This document shows, piece by piece, positions 1 to 9,162 of a stretch of 64,000 bases of DNA. Origin of the DNA: Candidatus Parcubacteria bacterium. Lineage in GTDB: Bacteria; Patescibacteriota; Minisyncoccia; Phycocordibacterales; JBAYGS01. The notes beneath the pieces were generated by a model, which was given only the letters and a program-made list of their open reading frames with translations, was not told where the DNA came from and ran no database searches. Made by a program: the position numbers and the translations under genes. Position 1 is the first letter of the stretch; each line of letters starts with the position of its first letter. The stretch is taken from assembly GCA_039795895.1 (NCBI GenBank), contig JBDKKW010000002.1, positions 7,347 to 71,346 of the forward strand. The letters run 5' to 3'.

Positions 1-84
1 AAGTGTGCCATCAAGCACAGATTCACCTGGATGAATATCTAAACCCGCTATTACTTCGTGTAAAAGAACTGGGATGTGAGTCAT
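1..84 (-). CDS. rsmH: 16S rRNA m4C1402 methyltransferase RsmH/MraW, N-terminal fragment (runs off window)
   Basis: Manual translation MTHIPVLLHEVIAGLDIHPGESVLDGTL has the HxPVLLxE...DxT motif; lies directly downstream of mraZ. Confidence 0.9.
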   Translation of the reverse strand, partial: MTHIPVLLHEVIAGLDIHPGESVLDGTL

Positions 85-143
85 AAAAGAAGTGGGGAAA
101 ATATCTAAGTCCTAAATTATAATTTCTAATTACTTATCCCCAA

Positions 144-266
144 GAATCAATTAAATTGCTTTAGATGCGCGAAGCCGATGAGCACCGCGACCAAGCTGTA
201 GATGGAGCTACTGCGCGGGAGCGGGCGGAGTCGGCGACAAAGCAGATGAAGTAATTTTATTGATTC
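144..266 (-). repeat. 123-bp palindromic element, family A (GAATC...GATTC ends), copy 1
   Basis: Terminal inverted repeats; interior nearly identical to the reverse complement of 32843-32965. Confidence 0.9.
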
Positions 267-267
267 C

Positions 268-702
268 CTAGAATACACCGATGCCACCGAGCTTCTGAGC
301 AAGTACGTCGCCTTGTTTCTCAATCTTGCTCTTGTACTCAATCCATACTGCTTCGTTCCACATTTCTACTCGGTCGTGGACACCTGCAAACACCACTTTT
401 TCTGACAAACTAGCAAACTGCTTCAAAAACTCTGGGATCAAGACGCGACCAATACTATCGACTTCAGCTTCCACTGCTCCCGCAAACATAAATCGGTTGA
501 ATCCACGTGTATCCGCCTGACCCATGCCGAGCGTACCGATTTTTTCTGCAATTTTTTTCCACGCGAGTACTGGGTACACAAAGAGACAATTGTCGAGACC
601 GCGAGTGATGACCACTTTCTTCCCCATCTCCTTTCGAAATTTTGAAGGAAGTGAAATACGACTCTTGTCGTCGATACTGTGTGTGTACTCGCCGATAAAC
701 AT
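268..702 (-). CDS. mraZ: Division/cell wall cluster transcriptional repressor MraZ
   Basis: MFIGEYTHSIDDKSRISLP...DSIGRVLIP, two DxxxRxxxP repeats; upstream of rsmH. Confidence 0.97.
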   Translation of the reverse strand: MFIGEYTHSIDDKSRISLPSKFRKEMGKKVVITRGLDNCLFVYPVLAWKKIAEKIGTLGMGQADTRGFNRFMFAGAVEAEVDSIGRVLIPEFLKQFASLSEKVVFAGVHDRVEMWNEAVWIEYKSKIEKQGDVLAQKLGGIGVF

Positions 703-833
703 TATCTTTGAGAATTAGGATTGCGAAGTACTTTTACCAATGGCCGGAATTTAACACCAGTCATCTGCAGACGAACGACATTTACTTTCACGCCGTCGAT
801 AGAAACACGAGAGATCTTTTGTATGATTTTCAT
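702..833 (-). CDS. Possible 43-aa leader ORF coupled to mraZ
   Basis: MKIIQKISRV...PNSQR; stop overlaps the mraZ start as TAATG. Confidence 0.4.
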   Translation of the reverse strand: MKIIQKISRVSIDGVKVNVVRLQMTGVKFRPLVKVLRNPNSQR

Positions 834-884
834 AGTGTTTTTTGTATTAGTTGCTGAGAAAAAAATAATTCCCCAATTACTTTT

Positions 885-933
885 TTCCCACTTCATCCCA
901 CTTGGGTATAAGTATATAACACTTCATACCACT
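885..933 (-). promoter_or_regulatory. Putative MraZ-binding boxes / mraZ promoter
   Basis: Minus strand AGTGGTATGAAGTG...AAGTGGGATGAAGTGGG: GTG(G) repeats at 10-nt spacing, as in known MraZ operators. Confidence 0.65.
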
Positions 934-956
934 AGCAAACAGGGTTATCCCCAGAT

Positions 957-1077
957 ACTCACTCCTTCGTGGGTTTTAAAAACACGATAAAATCCTGCTG
1001 GATTTTTCTCTACTCGACCTCAACGGCCTCCGTAAAGTTTTTAAAACCCACGAACTCGTTCGTTCAAGAAGGGATTC
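957..1077 (-). repeat. Palindromic element family B, copy 1
   Basis: Shares the GAATCCCTTCTTGAACGARCGAG head and GAGYGAGT tail with 4605-4723; long internal inverted repeat TTCGTGGGTTTTAAAAAC/GTTTTTAAAACCCACGAA. Confidence 0.8.
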
Positions 1078-1124
1078 GCGGTTTCAGTATTTATCTCTAT
1101 TATTTTGCACTTACGATATAAAAT

Positions 1125-1157
1125 AAAAAACCGCTCCGAGGAGCCTCGGGGCGGTTT
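1125..1157 (-). terminator. Intrinsic terminator of ORF 1202-1501
   Basis: AAAAAACCGCTCCGAGG-AG-CCTCGGGGCGGTTT hairpin with T-run on the minus strand. Confidence 0.75.
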
Positions 1158-1201
1158 GGAAAGATGTTATTACCAAGCTATGCCTTGTGCGAAACAAGAT
1201 C

Positions 1202-1501
1202 CTACTCAGCCAAATCTCCTGTAAGCATTTTTTGATATGCTCTGCGAAATTCAATTTCCCGTAACGAGTCATATGGGTATTCATTCCGCGAGTCTCTCGG
1301 TTGCCCATCAATGTACTGGGCGCGACTCGGAGAACCAGGGCACACAACCTCTCCGTTAGGTCCAATTACCGGAAGAAAATGCCGACTTTGCATAAGAACT
1401 GCCGTAACCAGCCCCTCATCCATAAGAGCAAGGAGTACGGCAACATCGTTTGTGGGTGGCACAGTACAACCGCACTTATCACAGGTGAGTATCAATTTCA
1501 T
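1202..1501 (-). CDS. Hypothetical protein with CxxC and further Cys/His (possible metal binding)
   Basis: 99-aa ORF with TTGACT-16-TATAAT promoter, AGAAAGG RBS and own terminator. Confidence 0.7.
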   Translation of the reverse strand: MKLILTCDKCGCTVPPTNDVAVLLALMDEGLVTAVLMQSRHFLPVIGPNGEVVCPGSPSRAQYIDGQPRDSRNEYPYDSLREIEFRRAYQKMLTGDLAE

Positions 1502-1648
1502 AAAGAACCTTTCTTTGGGACGATGGATCCGCGTGAGCGGTTTGTATGTTTATCCATCTTTCTGGTATAGATTATACATATGTTGATACCAAAGTCAATA
1601 GTATACCCCTAAATAAAAACCGCTCTCCGAAGAGGGCGGTTTGCGAGA

Positions 1649-2275
1649 TTATTGTTCTTCCAAAAGAGCCTTGGAAACAAGAAACCTAAATTGGCCACAG
1701 AACTCTTGTAGTTTACGAGCGCGTTCGACGCGTCCGTATTCGTCGATAGCATAGGCTCGGTACGCACCAATCACTTGTCGAAACAAGGTCTTCATCACAC
1801 CACGACAAGCAACAAACTCTGTCAGACGATTATCAGTCATAACCGATACCGCAACTTCAAGTGGGGTGGTGTTGCAAATCAAAGCACCATGTATTTCTGA
1901 TGTCCGATTCACCTCAAGCAGACAACCATCACTTCTCAAACAAACGCCACGTTCGATCCATCTATGCAAAGACCGATCGCAATCACCAATTTGGTTACTG
2001 CACTTCAGGGGAATCAAGCACCGCACATGATCAGCCCATGTGATGTCTGGCCCGAGCTTTGTCACGGAATCAAACTGCCGCAGACCTTTGTCATACAACT
2101 CATGAGGCTCACCCAGAGGTATCTTCACAAAGGACGGGAGACTAGAGGCAATAAACTCAATCACCCCTCGCAAGACCTTAACCTGCCCCAAAGGCGAGAG
2201 CTTATCAAAACTAGCTTCGATATTCTTATCACCGGAAAGTAACGATTCATCGGACCGTAAAGCAACATCATTCAT
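1649..2275 (-). CDS. Hypothetical protein
   Basis: 208-aa ORF with TTGACA-17-TATCTT promoter, AAAGGA RBS and terminator at ~1615-1642. Confidence 0.7.
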   Translation of the reverse strand: MNDVALRSDESLLSGDKNIEASFDKLSPLGQVKVLRGVIEFIASSLPSFVKIPLGEPHELYDKGLRQFDSVTKLGPDITWADHVRCLIPLKCSNQIGDCDRSLHRWIERGVCLRSDGCLLEVNRTSEIHGALICNTTPLEVAVSVMTDNRLTEFVACRGVMKTLFRQVIGAYRAYAIDEYGRVERARKLQEFCGQFRFLVSKALLEEQ

Positions 2276-2415
2276 GCCAATTCCTTTTTTTATAGAACCC
2301 TTCTATTTCAAAAGATACAGGCGACTGTTAGATTTGTCAATGATCGCCTCCCCGACTTGCTTTTTGGAAGCATGATTGCTAGATTGGCTACGGAATTAAC
2401 AGAAAGGTTCTTTAT

Positions 2416-2766
2416 ATGAATGTCAGACTTCAAGCTAGCTTGTTTATGCCCAACGCCCTCCAGTGGGTTGGTGGAGCAAACCCCGCCATCGCTACTTTCG
2501 AGGGAGAATACGACTTACGAGTCGAAAATACCAAGGCTCTTGCGAATCTGTTTGCAAGAAAGCAATTCTTCTGTGGGTGTGATTTTGAAATCGTGACGTA
2601 TCGCGAGGACGAGAATCGACTCATTTTCAGAAGTAATGTCCCGGCCAAGAACATGACTGGTGTCAGGGACTTTTTGAAAACCAACATTATCAACCACCTC
2701 GGCTGGACCATAAACCAGAAGGAACTGGAGCGCTACGCCAGGGCTTTAGAAGAAGCCATCTTTTAA
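2416..2766 (+). CDS. Hypothetical protein
   Basis: 116-aa ORF with AGAAAGG RBS and terminator at ~2768-2797. Confidence 0.7.
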   Translation: MNVRLQASLFMPNALQWVGGANPAIATFEGEYDLRVENTKALANLFARKQFFCGCDFEIVTYREDENRLIFRSNVPAKNMTGVRDFLKTNIINHLGWTINQKELERYARALEEAIF

Positions 2767-2807
2767 CAAAAATCCCACCATACTCTGGTGGGATTTTCTA
2801 TTTCAAA

Positions 2808-4394
2808 TTAACCAATCACCTCTTTCAGTCTTTGTATTAAAAACTCCTTATCAAGCACGCTCAAAAACCAACCAGCTTTAGGTCCTGAAGTCTTACCTAA
2901 GACACTCATATAGATAGCCTCAAATAGTTCCTTTGGTGAGATATTGCATCGAGTTTTCATTTCATGAAGTTCGGTATGCAGAAGCTGACCATCGAGTACG
3001 GTCTGTTTTTCGACATACATTAAAAGCGATTTGAGAGCTTCTTTTTGGACAACACTGAAAGATTTTGTGCCTTCTGGGAGAGTCTTTTGAATTTCAAACT
3101 TATAATTCTCTGGCGCATAGCCTGAGAGCCATCGCGAAGCACACTTAGCACGACGCTCAAGCTCTTCCCTGTCTCGTTTGTCTAATTTCACTTCTTCGAG
3201 CTTCTCGATCTCATCTCCGAGGGTCAAATGTGGCATCTGCACCAAAAAAGCCACATTTGAAAAACGTGCGAGCACTCTCTTTTCTAAGAAGTCTTTTCGA
3301 AGTGTTGGGGGCTGAAGAAATGGAAACAGTCGAGCGAAGTCGTCGGTGTTACCCGTCCAGAAATTCTTGGCAAAACGATCGTAGCTATCGTAGAGAATCG
3401 GCACGGTATCACCATCTGGTTTAAATTCTACCGTACGCTGTGGCTCCTTTTGCAAAAGTAGCGTGCGTACCATTTCCGGAGGCAACAGATCTGCCACTTC
3501 TCGTGACGAAGCACCTGCACCCTTTGATGAAGACATTTTTGCACCACCTACTTGCACAAATTCGTATGGAATATTGATCGGCGGTTCACGCTTAAAGACT
3601 TCACGAGAAATAGTATCCGCTATATCTCGCGATCCTCCGCGAGTACTGTGATCCTTGCCTCCGCCTTCGACATCTACATCAAGTACAGTGAATTTTGCCG
3701 CCCATTCTACCTTCCAGGGAAGCTTGGCGTTGCCATCAAACGGAGACACTCGGCCAGTCTTTCCACAACCCTTTGCCCATTCAACAAAATCACCACAGAT
3801 GTACTCTACAGTCTTGCCATCCCAATCTCGTGCTTTGGTAGAACCAATCTTGCCACAATTCTCGCATTTGACTGCAAGTGGAAGCCAGTCAGGATTTTTG
3901 ACCGCACCAGAGACACGCTGATAGATTTCACGAATCAAGCCCGCTTTTTCGAGACTCGTCTTGATCACCTCATTGTATTTTCCACTACGATACAAATCAC
4001 TCGAGCGATAGTGTGTCGGGGTGTAGCCGATTTCCTTTATCACTCCCGTAAATTCATCACCAAAATATTCAGCGTAGTTTTTTGCCTTGTTGTCAGGAGA
4101 CGACACATCACACAAAGGCTTACCCATGTGGGGCAAAAAAGTCTTCTGGTCGAGATACACCGGCAAACCATCCATCGGATCAAAATCATTGAGCTCAAAG
4201 AGGAAGGTGTGTGGTAGTTTCTTTTCAGCTAGGATTTCGGCGATCATACCATGTATCGCCACCCCTCGAAGCGAGCCAATATGTACTCGTCCAGACAAGG
4301 TCTTCTCATCACGAATAATAACCGGCTTTCCGGCTTTTATTTTGTCCGCACAACGAATCTTGATTTGTTCGACGATAGAGTCAGCCCAGAGCAT
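2808..4394 (-). CDS. lysS: Lysyl-tRNA synthetase, class I
   Basis: MLWAD start, SGRVHIGS (HIGH), KLPWKVEWAAK, GKDH and KMSSSKG motifs. Confidence 0.95.
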   Translation of the reverse strand: MLWADSIVEQIKIRCADKIKAGKPVIIRDEKTLSGRVHIGSLRGVAIHGMIAEILAEKKLPHTFLFELNDFDPMDGLPVYLDQKTFLPHMGKPLCDVSSPDNKAKNYAEYFGDEFTGVIKEIGYTPTHYRSSDLYRSGKYNEVIKTSLEKAGLIREIYQRVSGAVKNPDWLPLAVKCENCGKIGSTKARDWDGKTVEYICGDFVEWAKGCGKTGRVSPFDGNAKLPWKVEWAAKFTVLDVDVEGGGKDHSTRGGSRDIADTISREVFKREPPINIPYEFVQVGGAKMSSSKGAGASSREVADLLPPEMVRTLLLQKEPQRTVEFKPDGDTVPILYDSYDRFAKNFWTGNTDDFARLFPFLQPPTLRKDFLEKRVLARFSNVAFLVQMPHLTLGDEIEKLEEVKLDKRDREELERRAKCASRWLSGYAPENYKFEIQKTLPEGTKSFSVVQKEALKSLLMYVEKQTVLDGQLLHTELHEMKTRCNISPKELFEAIYMSVLGKTSGPKAGWFLSVLDKEFLIQRLKEVIG

Positions 4395-4604
4395 GAGAGA
4401 AGTATATAGTAAAGAGTAAAGAGTTGCCACTCTTTGATTCAACTTCGACTCGAACACTGTGTACAATAAGAATTGTCCACGTGCTTCTCGCTCGTTGAAA
4501 TAAAAAGTATGAAGACTAAGATACACTCAAAAATCCCTCCCCGGTATCAGAATACCGGTGTGCTCCCTTTTGCAAAGGGAGAATATGAATAGAGGAAAAA
4601 TAAG

Positions 4605-4723
4605 GAATCCCTTCTTGAACGAGCGAGGGTGTCCATTTTAAAACATTGCGCAGGCGGGTAGCCGAGCATAGCAAATTTTCAGCAGAAAATTATGCGCGTT
4701 TTAAAATGGACACCCGAGCGAGT
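4605..4723 (+). repeat. Palindromic element family B, copy 2
   Basis: Same head and tail as 957-1077; inner inverted repeat GGTGTCCATTTTAAAAC/GTTTTAAAATGGACACC; lies 2 nt past the greA stop. Confidence 0.8.
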
Positions 4724-4725
4724 CT

Positions 4726-5193
4726 TTATTCGATGGAAACGACAGTATACTGCATCACCCCCGATGGAGATTTGAAAGAAACTTCATCACCCTTCTTCTT
4801 GCCCATAAGTGCCTGACCAAATGGAGATCGATTTGAGAGCTTGCCTTGGAGCATATTCGTCTCCTCAGAACCCACAATCTTCCACACTTTGGTTGCCTTA
4901 TCACTATTCTTTCGCACTGTTACAGTTGAACCGATTTCCACCTTGTCAGTGTGATGGAACGAGACAATTTTTGCATCCTGAAGAATCGTTTCGATTTTGC
5001 GAATACGCTCTTCAATAGTAGCTTGCATCTCACGAGCCTCCTGGTACTCTGCGTTTTCAGAAAGATCGCCGAGTGATTTTGCAGACTCCAAATTTTCAGC
5101 AACCTGCTTGCGCTTGGTGTGCTTCAATTCAGTGAGCTCGAGAGTCAATTCATCAAATTTTTCTTTGGTTAAATATTCAGTTTGAGCATTCAT
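4726..5193 (-). CDS. greA: Transcription elongation factor GreA
   Basis: GDLSENAEY motif; SPFGQALMG. Confidence 0.97.
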   Translation of the reverse strand: MNAQTEYLTKEKFDELTLELTELKHTKRKQVAENLESAKSLGDLSENAEYQEAREMQATIEERIRKIETILQDAKIVSFHHTDKVEIGSTVTVRKNSDKATKVWKIVGSEETNMLQGKLSNRSPFGQALMGKKKGDEVSFKSPSGVMQYTVVSIE

Positions 5194-5274
5194 ATATTGT
5201 ATAACTATGGAGGAAGTATAATCGTTTCCTGTCTAATGTCAATGGTATACACCTCAATACCTCGTTAAAAATGG

Positions 5275-6987
5275 CTATTCTGCTAGGTATTCTGGCGTAT
5301 TGACCGACATCCACTCGATAAATTGACGGACCACGAAGAGCGCTCCGATCACATTATGCCGTGAACCCTTCTCCATCGTTACAGCAAAGGCGTAGCGAGG
5401 ATTTTTGTATGGGAAAAAGCCGATTACCCACGAGTTCACTTTCTCTTTCGATACCCCGAGTTCTGCGGTACCGGTCTTTGCCGCAATTTCTACTTGAGGA
5501 ATATTCAAACCTTTTGCAGTACCCATAAGGACGCCTTTTCGCATCCCCTCCTTCACCACAAGAATCGCATCTTTATCGATTGGCAACACTTCAGCCGAGG
5601 TTGCCTCGTCTTGTCCAAGTCGAGTAATAACCGGGGTGAGCAATGTGCCGTCATTCGCAATCGCCGACACCGCACGAGCGGCCTGAAGTGGTGTCGCCTG
5701 AAATCCATACTGACCAATTGAGGTGTAGTACGTGTCTCCAAGTCGCCACTCTTCACCTTTAAAATTTTTCTTTTTCCATTCCGGATCTGGAATAATACCC
5801 GATGTACCCGCAAAAAAGTCTCCTGGTACCACTTCACCAAAACCAAACATTCGATAATACTTTTCGAGCTTGGTAATACCCAAACCTCGCTGACCCTCAA
5901 ACCCTCCTCCTACTTCATAAAAATAAACGTTTGAAGAAACGGCGAGTGCTGTGCGCATATCTACCCAGCCGTGCGCTTTCCAGTCGGTAAACACTGATTT
6001 TACGTCGGGATTATAGGGACTCTGAATTGAAATTGAGCCAGTACTCAAGATTTCCTTTGCTGGGTCAATGATTGATTCAGTGAGCGCACCCAGAGCCACA
6101 AACGGCTTCACAATCGAACCTGGAGTATAGAGTCCATTGACCGCACGATTCAGGAAAGGACGATTAGGGTCGGTCGTGTACGAATTGATTTTTGCACTAT
6201 CAGTGCCGTCGGTGAGCACTTTTGAGTTATATTCTGGATAGGTAGCGAGCGCCAACACCTCCCCACTGTGCACATCCATAAACACACCAGCGCCACCAGA
6301 GAATCCCACTTCGTGAGCAGTGGCCTGGATAAAATCATGTAGGGCACTTTGCAATCGCACATCAACCGACAGATACAGCGGTGCGCCATCTTTCGGAGGT
6401 TGTGATTGACTCTCACCAGTGATGTGTCCCAAGGCATCTGTCTCAGTGAGCTTCACACCATTTTTACCCACAAGCGAATCGTTGAAGACTTTTTCTACCC
6501 CATCGAGACCGACGAAATCTTCACGAAAATAAAATCCCGTCTTATCTTTGGTTGGATATTTTACATACCCAAGCAAGTTCCCCACTCCAGATACATCAAT
6601 ATATTCTCGGTTGGAAACATCGGGATTTTTAGGATTCACACTGTTCCATGCAAGCAAGGTGTTGTTGCGATCATAGACCACCCCTCGAGAAGCAAAGATG
6701 AGCGAAGGTCGTAACCGATTCTTTTCACTCTTTTCGGCATAGAGAGGGCCGTTGGTCACCTGCAAGCTCCAAATACGGTAGGCAAACATACCGATAATCA
6801 GCACAAAAAAGATACCAACCGACCAAATCGAAATACGCGAGATTGGTCGCTCGATTCTCCCCTCAAACTGATGCACATCAAACTCGGGCAAATTGCTCGA
6901 GTCAAGCATCACCTCATCGGGATCAATTTCCAAATCTTTATATGTGCGTCGAGTCAATCGACGAATAATTCGAGAAAAAGAAAACAT
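5275..6987 (-). CDS. mrdA: Penicillin-binding protein 2 (class B transpeptidase)
   Basis: N-terminal TM, RGVVYDRN, PGSIVK (SxxK), SSN, AKTGT; in mre cluster. Confidence 0.92.
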   Translation of the reverse strand: MFSFSRIIRRLTRRTYKDLEIDPDEVMLDSSNLPEFDVHQFEGRIERPISRISIWSVGIFFVLIIGMFAYRIWSLQVTNGPLYAEKSEKNRLRPSLIFASRGVVYDRNNTLLAWNSVNPKNPDVSNREYIDVSGVGNLLGYVKYPTKDKTGFYFREDFVGLDGVEKVFNDSLVGKNGVKLTETDALGHITGESQSQPPKDGAPLYLSVDVRLQSALHDFIQATAHEVGFSGGAGVFMDVHSGEVLALATYPEYNSKVLTDGTDSAKINSYTTDPNRPFLNRAVNGLYTPGSIVKPFVALGALTESIIDPAKEILSTGSISIQSPYNPDVKSVFTDWKAHGWVDMRTALAVSSNVYFYEVGGGFEGQRGLGITKLEKYYRMFGFGEVVPGDFFAGTSGIIPDPEWKKKNFKGEEWRLGDTYYTSIGQYGFQATPLQAARAVSAIANDGTLLTPVITRLGQDEATSAEVLPIDKDAILVVKEGMRKGVLMGTAKGLNIPQVEIAAKTGTAELGVSKEKVNSWVIGFFPYKNPRYAFAVTMEKGSRHNVIGALFVVRQFIEWMSVNTPEYLAE

Positions 6988-7022
6988 ACGGCGTTATATC
7001 AATGGAACGTTGCCCCAGTATA

Positions 7023-7304
7023 CTACATTCTGATTCGCAATCGAGCGCGCAACCGTGTCGCTCCAAAGACCAAAAAAGCAACACCAGCTACCACTCCCGC
7101 AATCAGGGTAAAACTCTCTGTATGCCCATACAAGACAGCGTACAAAGCCACAAGCACAATCGCCTCACCATAGGTTTCCACGTACCACATCGCAATCAAG
7201 AGGAGTATACCGAGCACTCGCCAATCGACCACAAACATAGCGCAAAAGAAGAGGACAAAAAGTCCCACCCGAATCACCACTCTGTTTTCTATCTTTTCAC
7301 GCAT
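7023..7304 (-). CDS. Small membrane protein in the MreD position
   Basis: Hydrophobic 93-aa ORF between mreC and mrdA. Confidence 0.65.
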   Translation of the reverse strand: MREKIENRVVIRVGLFVLFFCAMFVVDWRVLGILLLIAMWYVETYGEAIVLVALYAVLYGHTESFTLIAGVVAGVAFLVFGATRLRARLRIRM

Positions 7305-7306
7305 AC

Positions 7307-8110
7307 CTAGTGTACCGGTCCGAGATCAACCTCAACAAAACGAGTCTCGGCGAGATTGATCGGACTCTTAAACAAAATTCGCTGGAAAGAATCGTTGGCA
7401 CTCACCACAATCGTCTCGACAACACCGACCGGACGCTTATCGAGCTCAGGAAAGACAACCGTGTCTCCTGATACTACATCGAGTTCGCGAGGGATTCGAG
7501 CATCAAAATTGCCCGCGCCAAGACCAGTCGCGAGCGCAGAAATTCGTGTCTTACCGATAATCACCTGATGCTCTTCGCCTGGTGATGAGAACAACTTCAC
7601 CTTCGACCACGTCGGAGCTACTTCCATAATCGATCCCACTACAGTCCCTTGCACTGACACCTGAGCACCCAAGATTACTCCAAGATTTTTCCCCGCATCA
7701 ATGACTAGTGTGTCGTACGGAGTCTGTGTTGGATTATTGAGAACCGCAGTGAGTAGTGCTCGCTTAAAGGGTGCCCGGCCAAGCATCTCCTTGAGACTGG
7801 CATTTTCATCTCGCAACACACTCAATTGCAAAGCATCTTGATACGAAGCATCTATGCGCGATTGCAATGCTTTTTGATTCTCAATGAGACTTTCTTTGGT
7901 GTGTACCAATGACACAAGGGATGCGAATTTTTCACTGACTGACTGCGATACTCCCCACAGTGGCGCACCCATAAAGACGAGCATTCGTGAAATCGGATTG
8001 AATCCAAACAATCGCACAACAAGCAAGACAAGCAACGCACCCACACCAACTACAAGCAGTGTTCGATTTCCCGAATCTTTTTGTCGTTTAGTTTTTAAGA
8101 GGTAAATCAT
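7307..8110 (-). CDS. mreC: Rod shape-determining protein MreC
   Basis: TM, coiled coil (ENASLKEML), LVIDAGKNLGV beta domain; follows mreB. Confidence 0.9.
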   Translation of the reverse strand: MIYLLKTKRQKDSGNRTLLVVGVGALLVLLVVRLFGFNPISRMLVFMGAPLWGVSQSVSEKFASLVSLVHTKESLIENQKALQSRIDASYQDALQLSVLRDENASLKEMLGRAPFKRALLTAVLNNPTQTPYDTLVIDAGKNLGVILGAQVSVQGTVVGSIMEVAPTWSKVKLFSSPGEEHQVIIGKTRISALATGLGAGNFDARIPRELDVVSGDTVVFPELDKRPVGVVETIVVSANDSFQRILFKSPINLAETRFVEVDLGPVH

Positions 8111-9155
8111 GATCGTCATCCTCGATTAAGACTTCACGGAACGTACGCAAATCTTCAAGAATAATACCTGTCCCTCGGGCAATCGCCGTTAGCGGATCAT
8201 CAGCGACATGCACGGGAATCTTCAAAAATTCTTGAAGGAGCGCATCAAGACCCTTGATCAAAGCTCCCCCACCCACCATATAAATACCTCTTTGCATCAC
8301 ATCGGCGAGGATTTCAGGTGGGGTGGTTTCGAGCACCTGCTTGACCGACTCGACGAGGGTATCGATCGACTGTGCCATCGCTTCTCGAATATCAGCATCA
8401 GTGATCACCACTTCGCGAGGAAGCCCGGTCACGAGGTCTCGTCCACGAATCGTCATCTCGAGTGCTGGTCGATCAGGCATCACCACACCGATAGCAATTT
8501 TGACCTCCTCGGCAGTCTTTTCACCAATCAAAATTTTAAACTCACTGCGGATGTACGAGATGATGTCGTTGTTGAGCTTGTCACCGGCGATTTTGAGATT
8601 TTTTGAACGAACAATACCGCCAAGTGAGATCACTGCGATATCAGTCGTCCCGCCACCAATATCAATCACCATATTTCCCACCGGCTCCATCACCGGCAGA
8701 CGAATACCGATCGCTCCCGCCATTGGTTGCTCCACCACAAACACCTCTCGTGCGCCGGCATTACGAGTGGCATCGCGTACTGCGCGAGTCTCTACGTTGG
8801 TCACACCAGATGGCACACCCACCACTACGCGCGGACCAAACATCTTTTTGTGTTCACGCTGGCACTTGTTCATCAAATACAAAATCATCTCTTCGGTCAC
8901 CTCGAAATCAGAAATCACTCCGTCGACAAGTGGTCGTACCGCCGTGATGTGTGCAGGTGTGCGTCCGAGCATTTGCTTGGCTTCCTTTCCTACTGCCACC
9001 ACTCGACCGGTCTTGCCATTCACCGCCACCACCGACGGCTCATTGATCACAATCCCCTTGCCACGCAAATACAAGAGCGTATTCGCCGTACCCAAATCAA
9101 TCCCAATATCATGACTAAGTAGGGAGTATAATTTTTCGAGATGTTTTTGTATCAT
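8088..9155 (-). CDS. mreB: Actin-like rod shape protein MreB
   Basis: IGIDLGTANT, EPSVVA, DIGGGTT. Confidence 0.96.
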   Translation of the reverse strand: MIQKHLEKLYSLLSHDIGIDLGTANTLLYLRGKGIVINEPSVVAVNGKTGRVVAVGKEAKQMLGRTPAHITAVRPLVDGVISDFEVTEEMILYLMNKCQREHKKMFGPRVVVGVPSGVTNVETRAVRDATRNAGAREVFVVEQPMAGAIGIRLPVMEPVGNMVIDIGGGTTDIAVISLGGIVRSKNLKIAGDKLNNDIISYIRSEFKILIGEKTAEEVKIAIGVVMPDRPALEMTIRGRDLVTGLPREVVITDADIREAMAQSIDTLVESVKQVLETTPPEILADVMQRGIYMVGGGALIKGLDALLQEFLKIPVHVADDPLTAIARGTGIILEDLRTFREVLIEDDDHDLPLKN

Positions 9156-9162
9156 AAAAGTA

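Noticed and set aside
8323-9114. Long antisense ORFs over mreB, lysS, murA and other core genes
   Set aside because: These are shadow frames of well-supported genes on the opposite strand.
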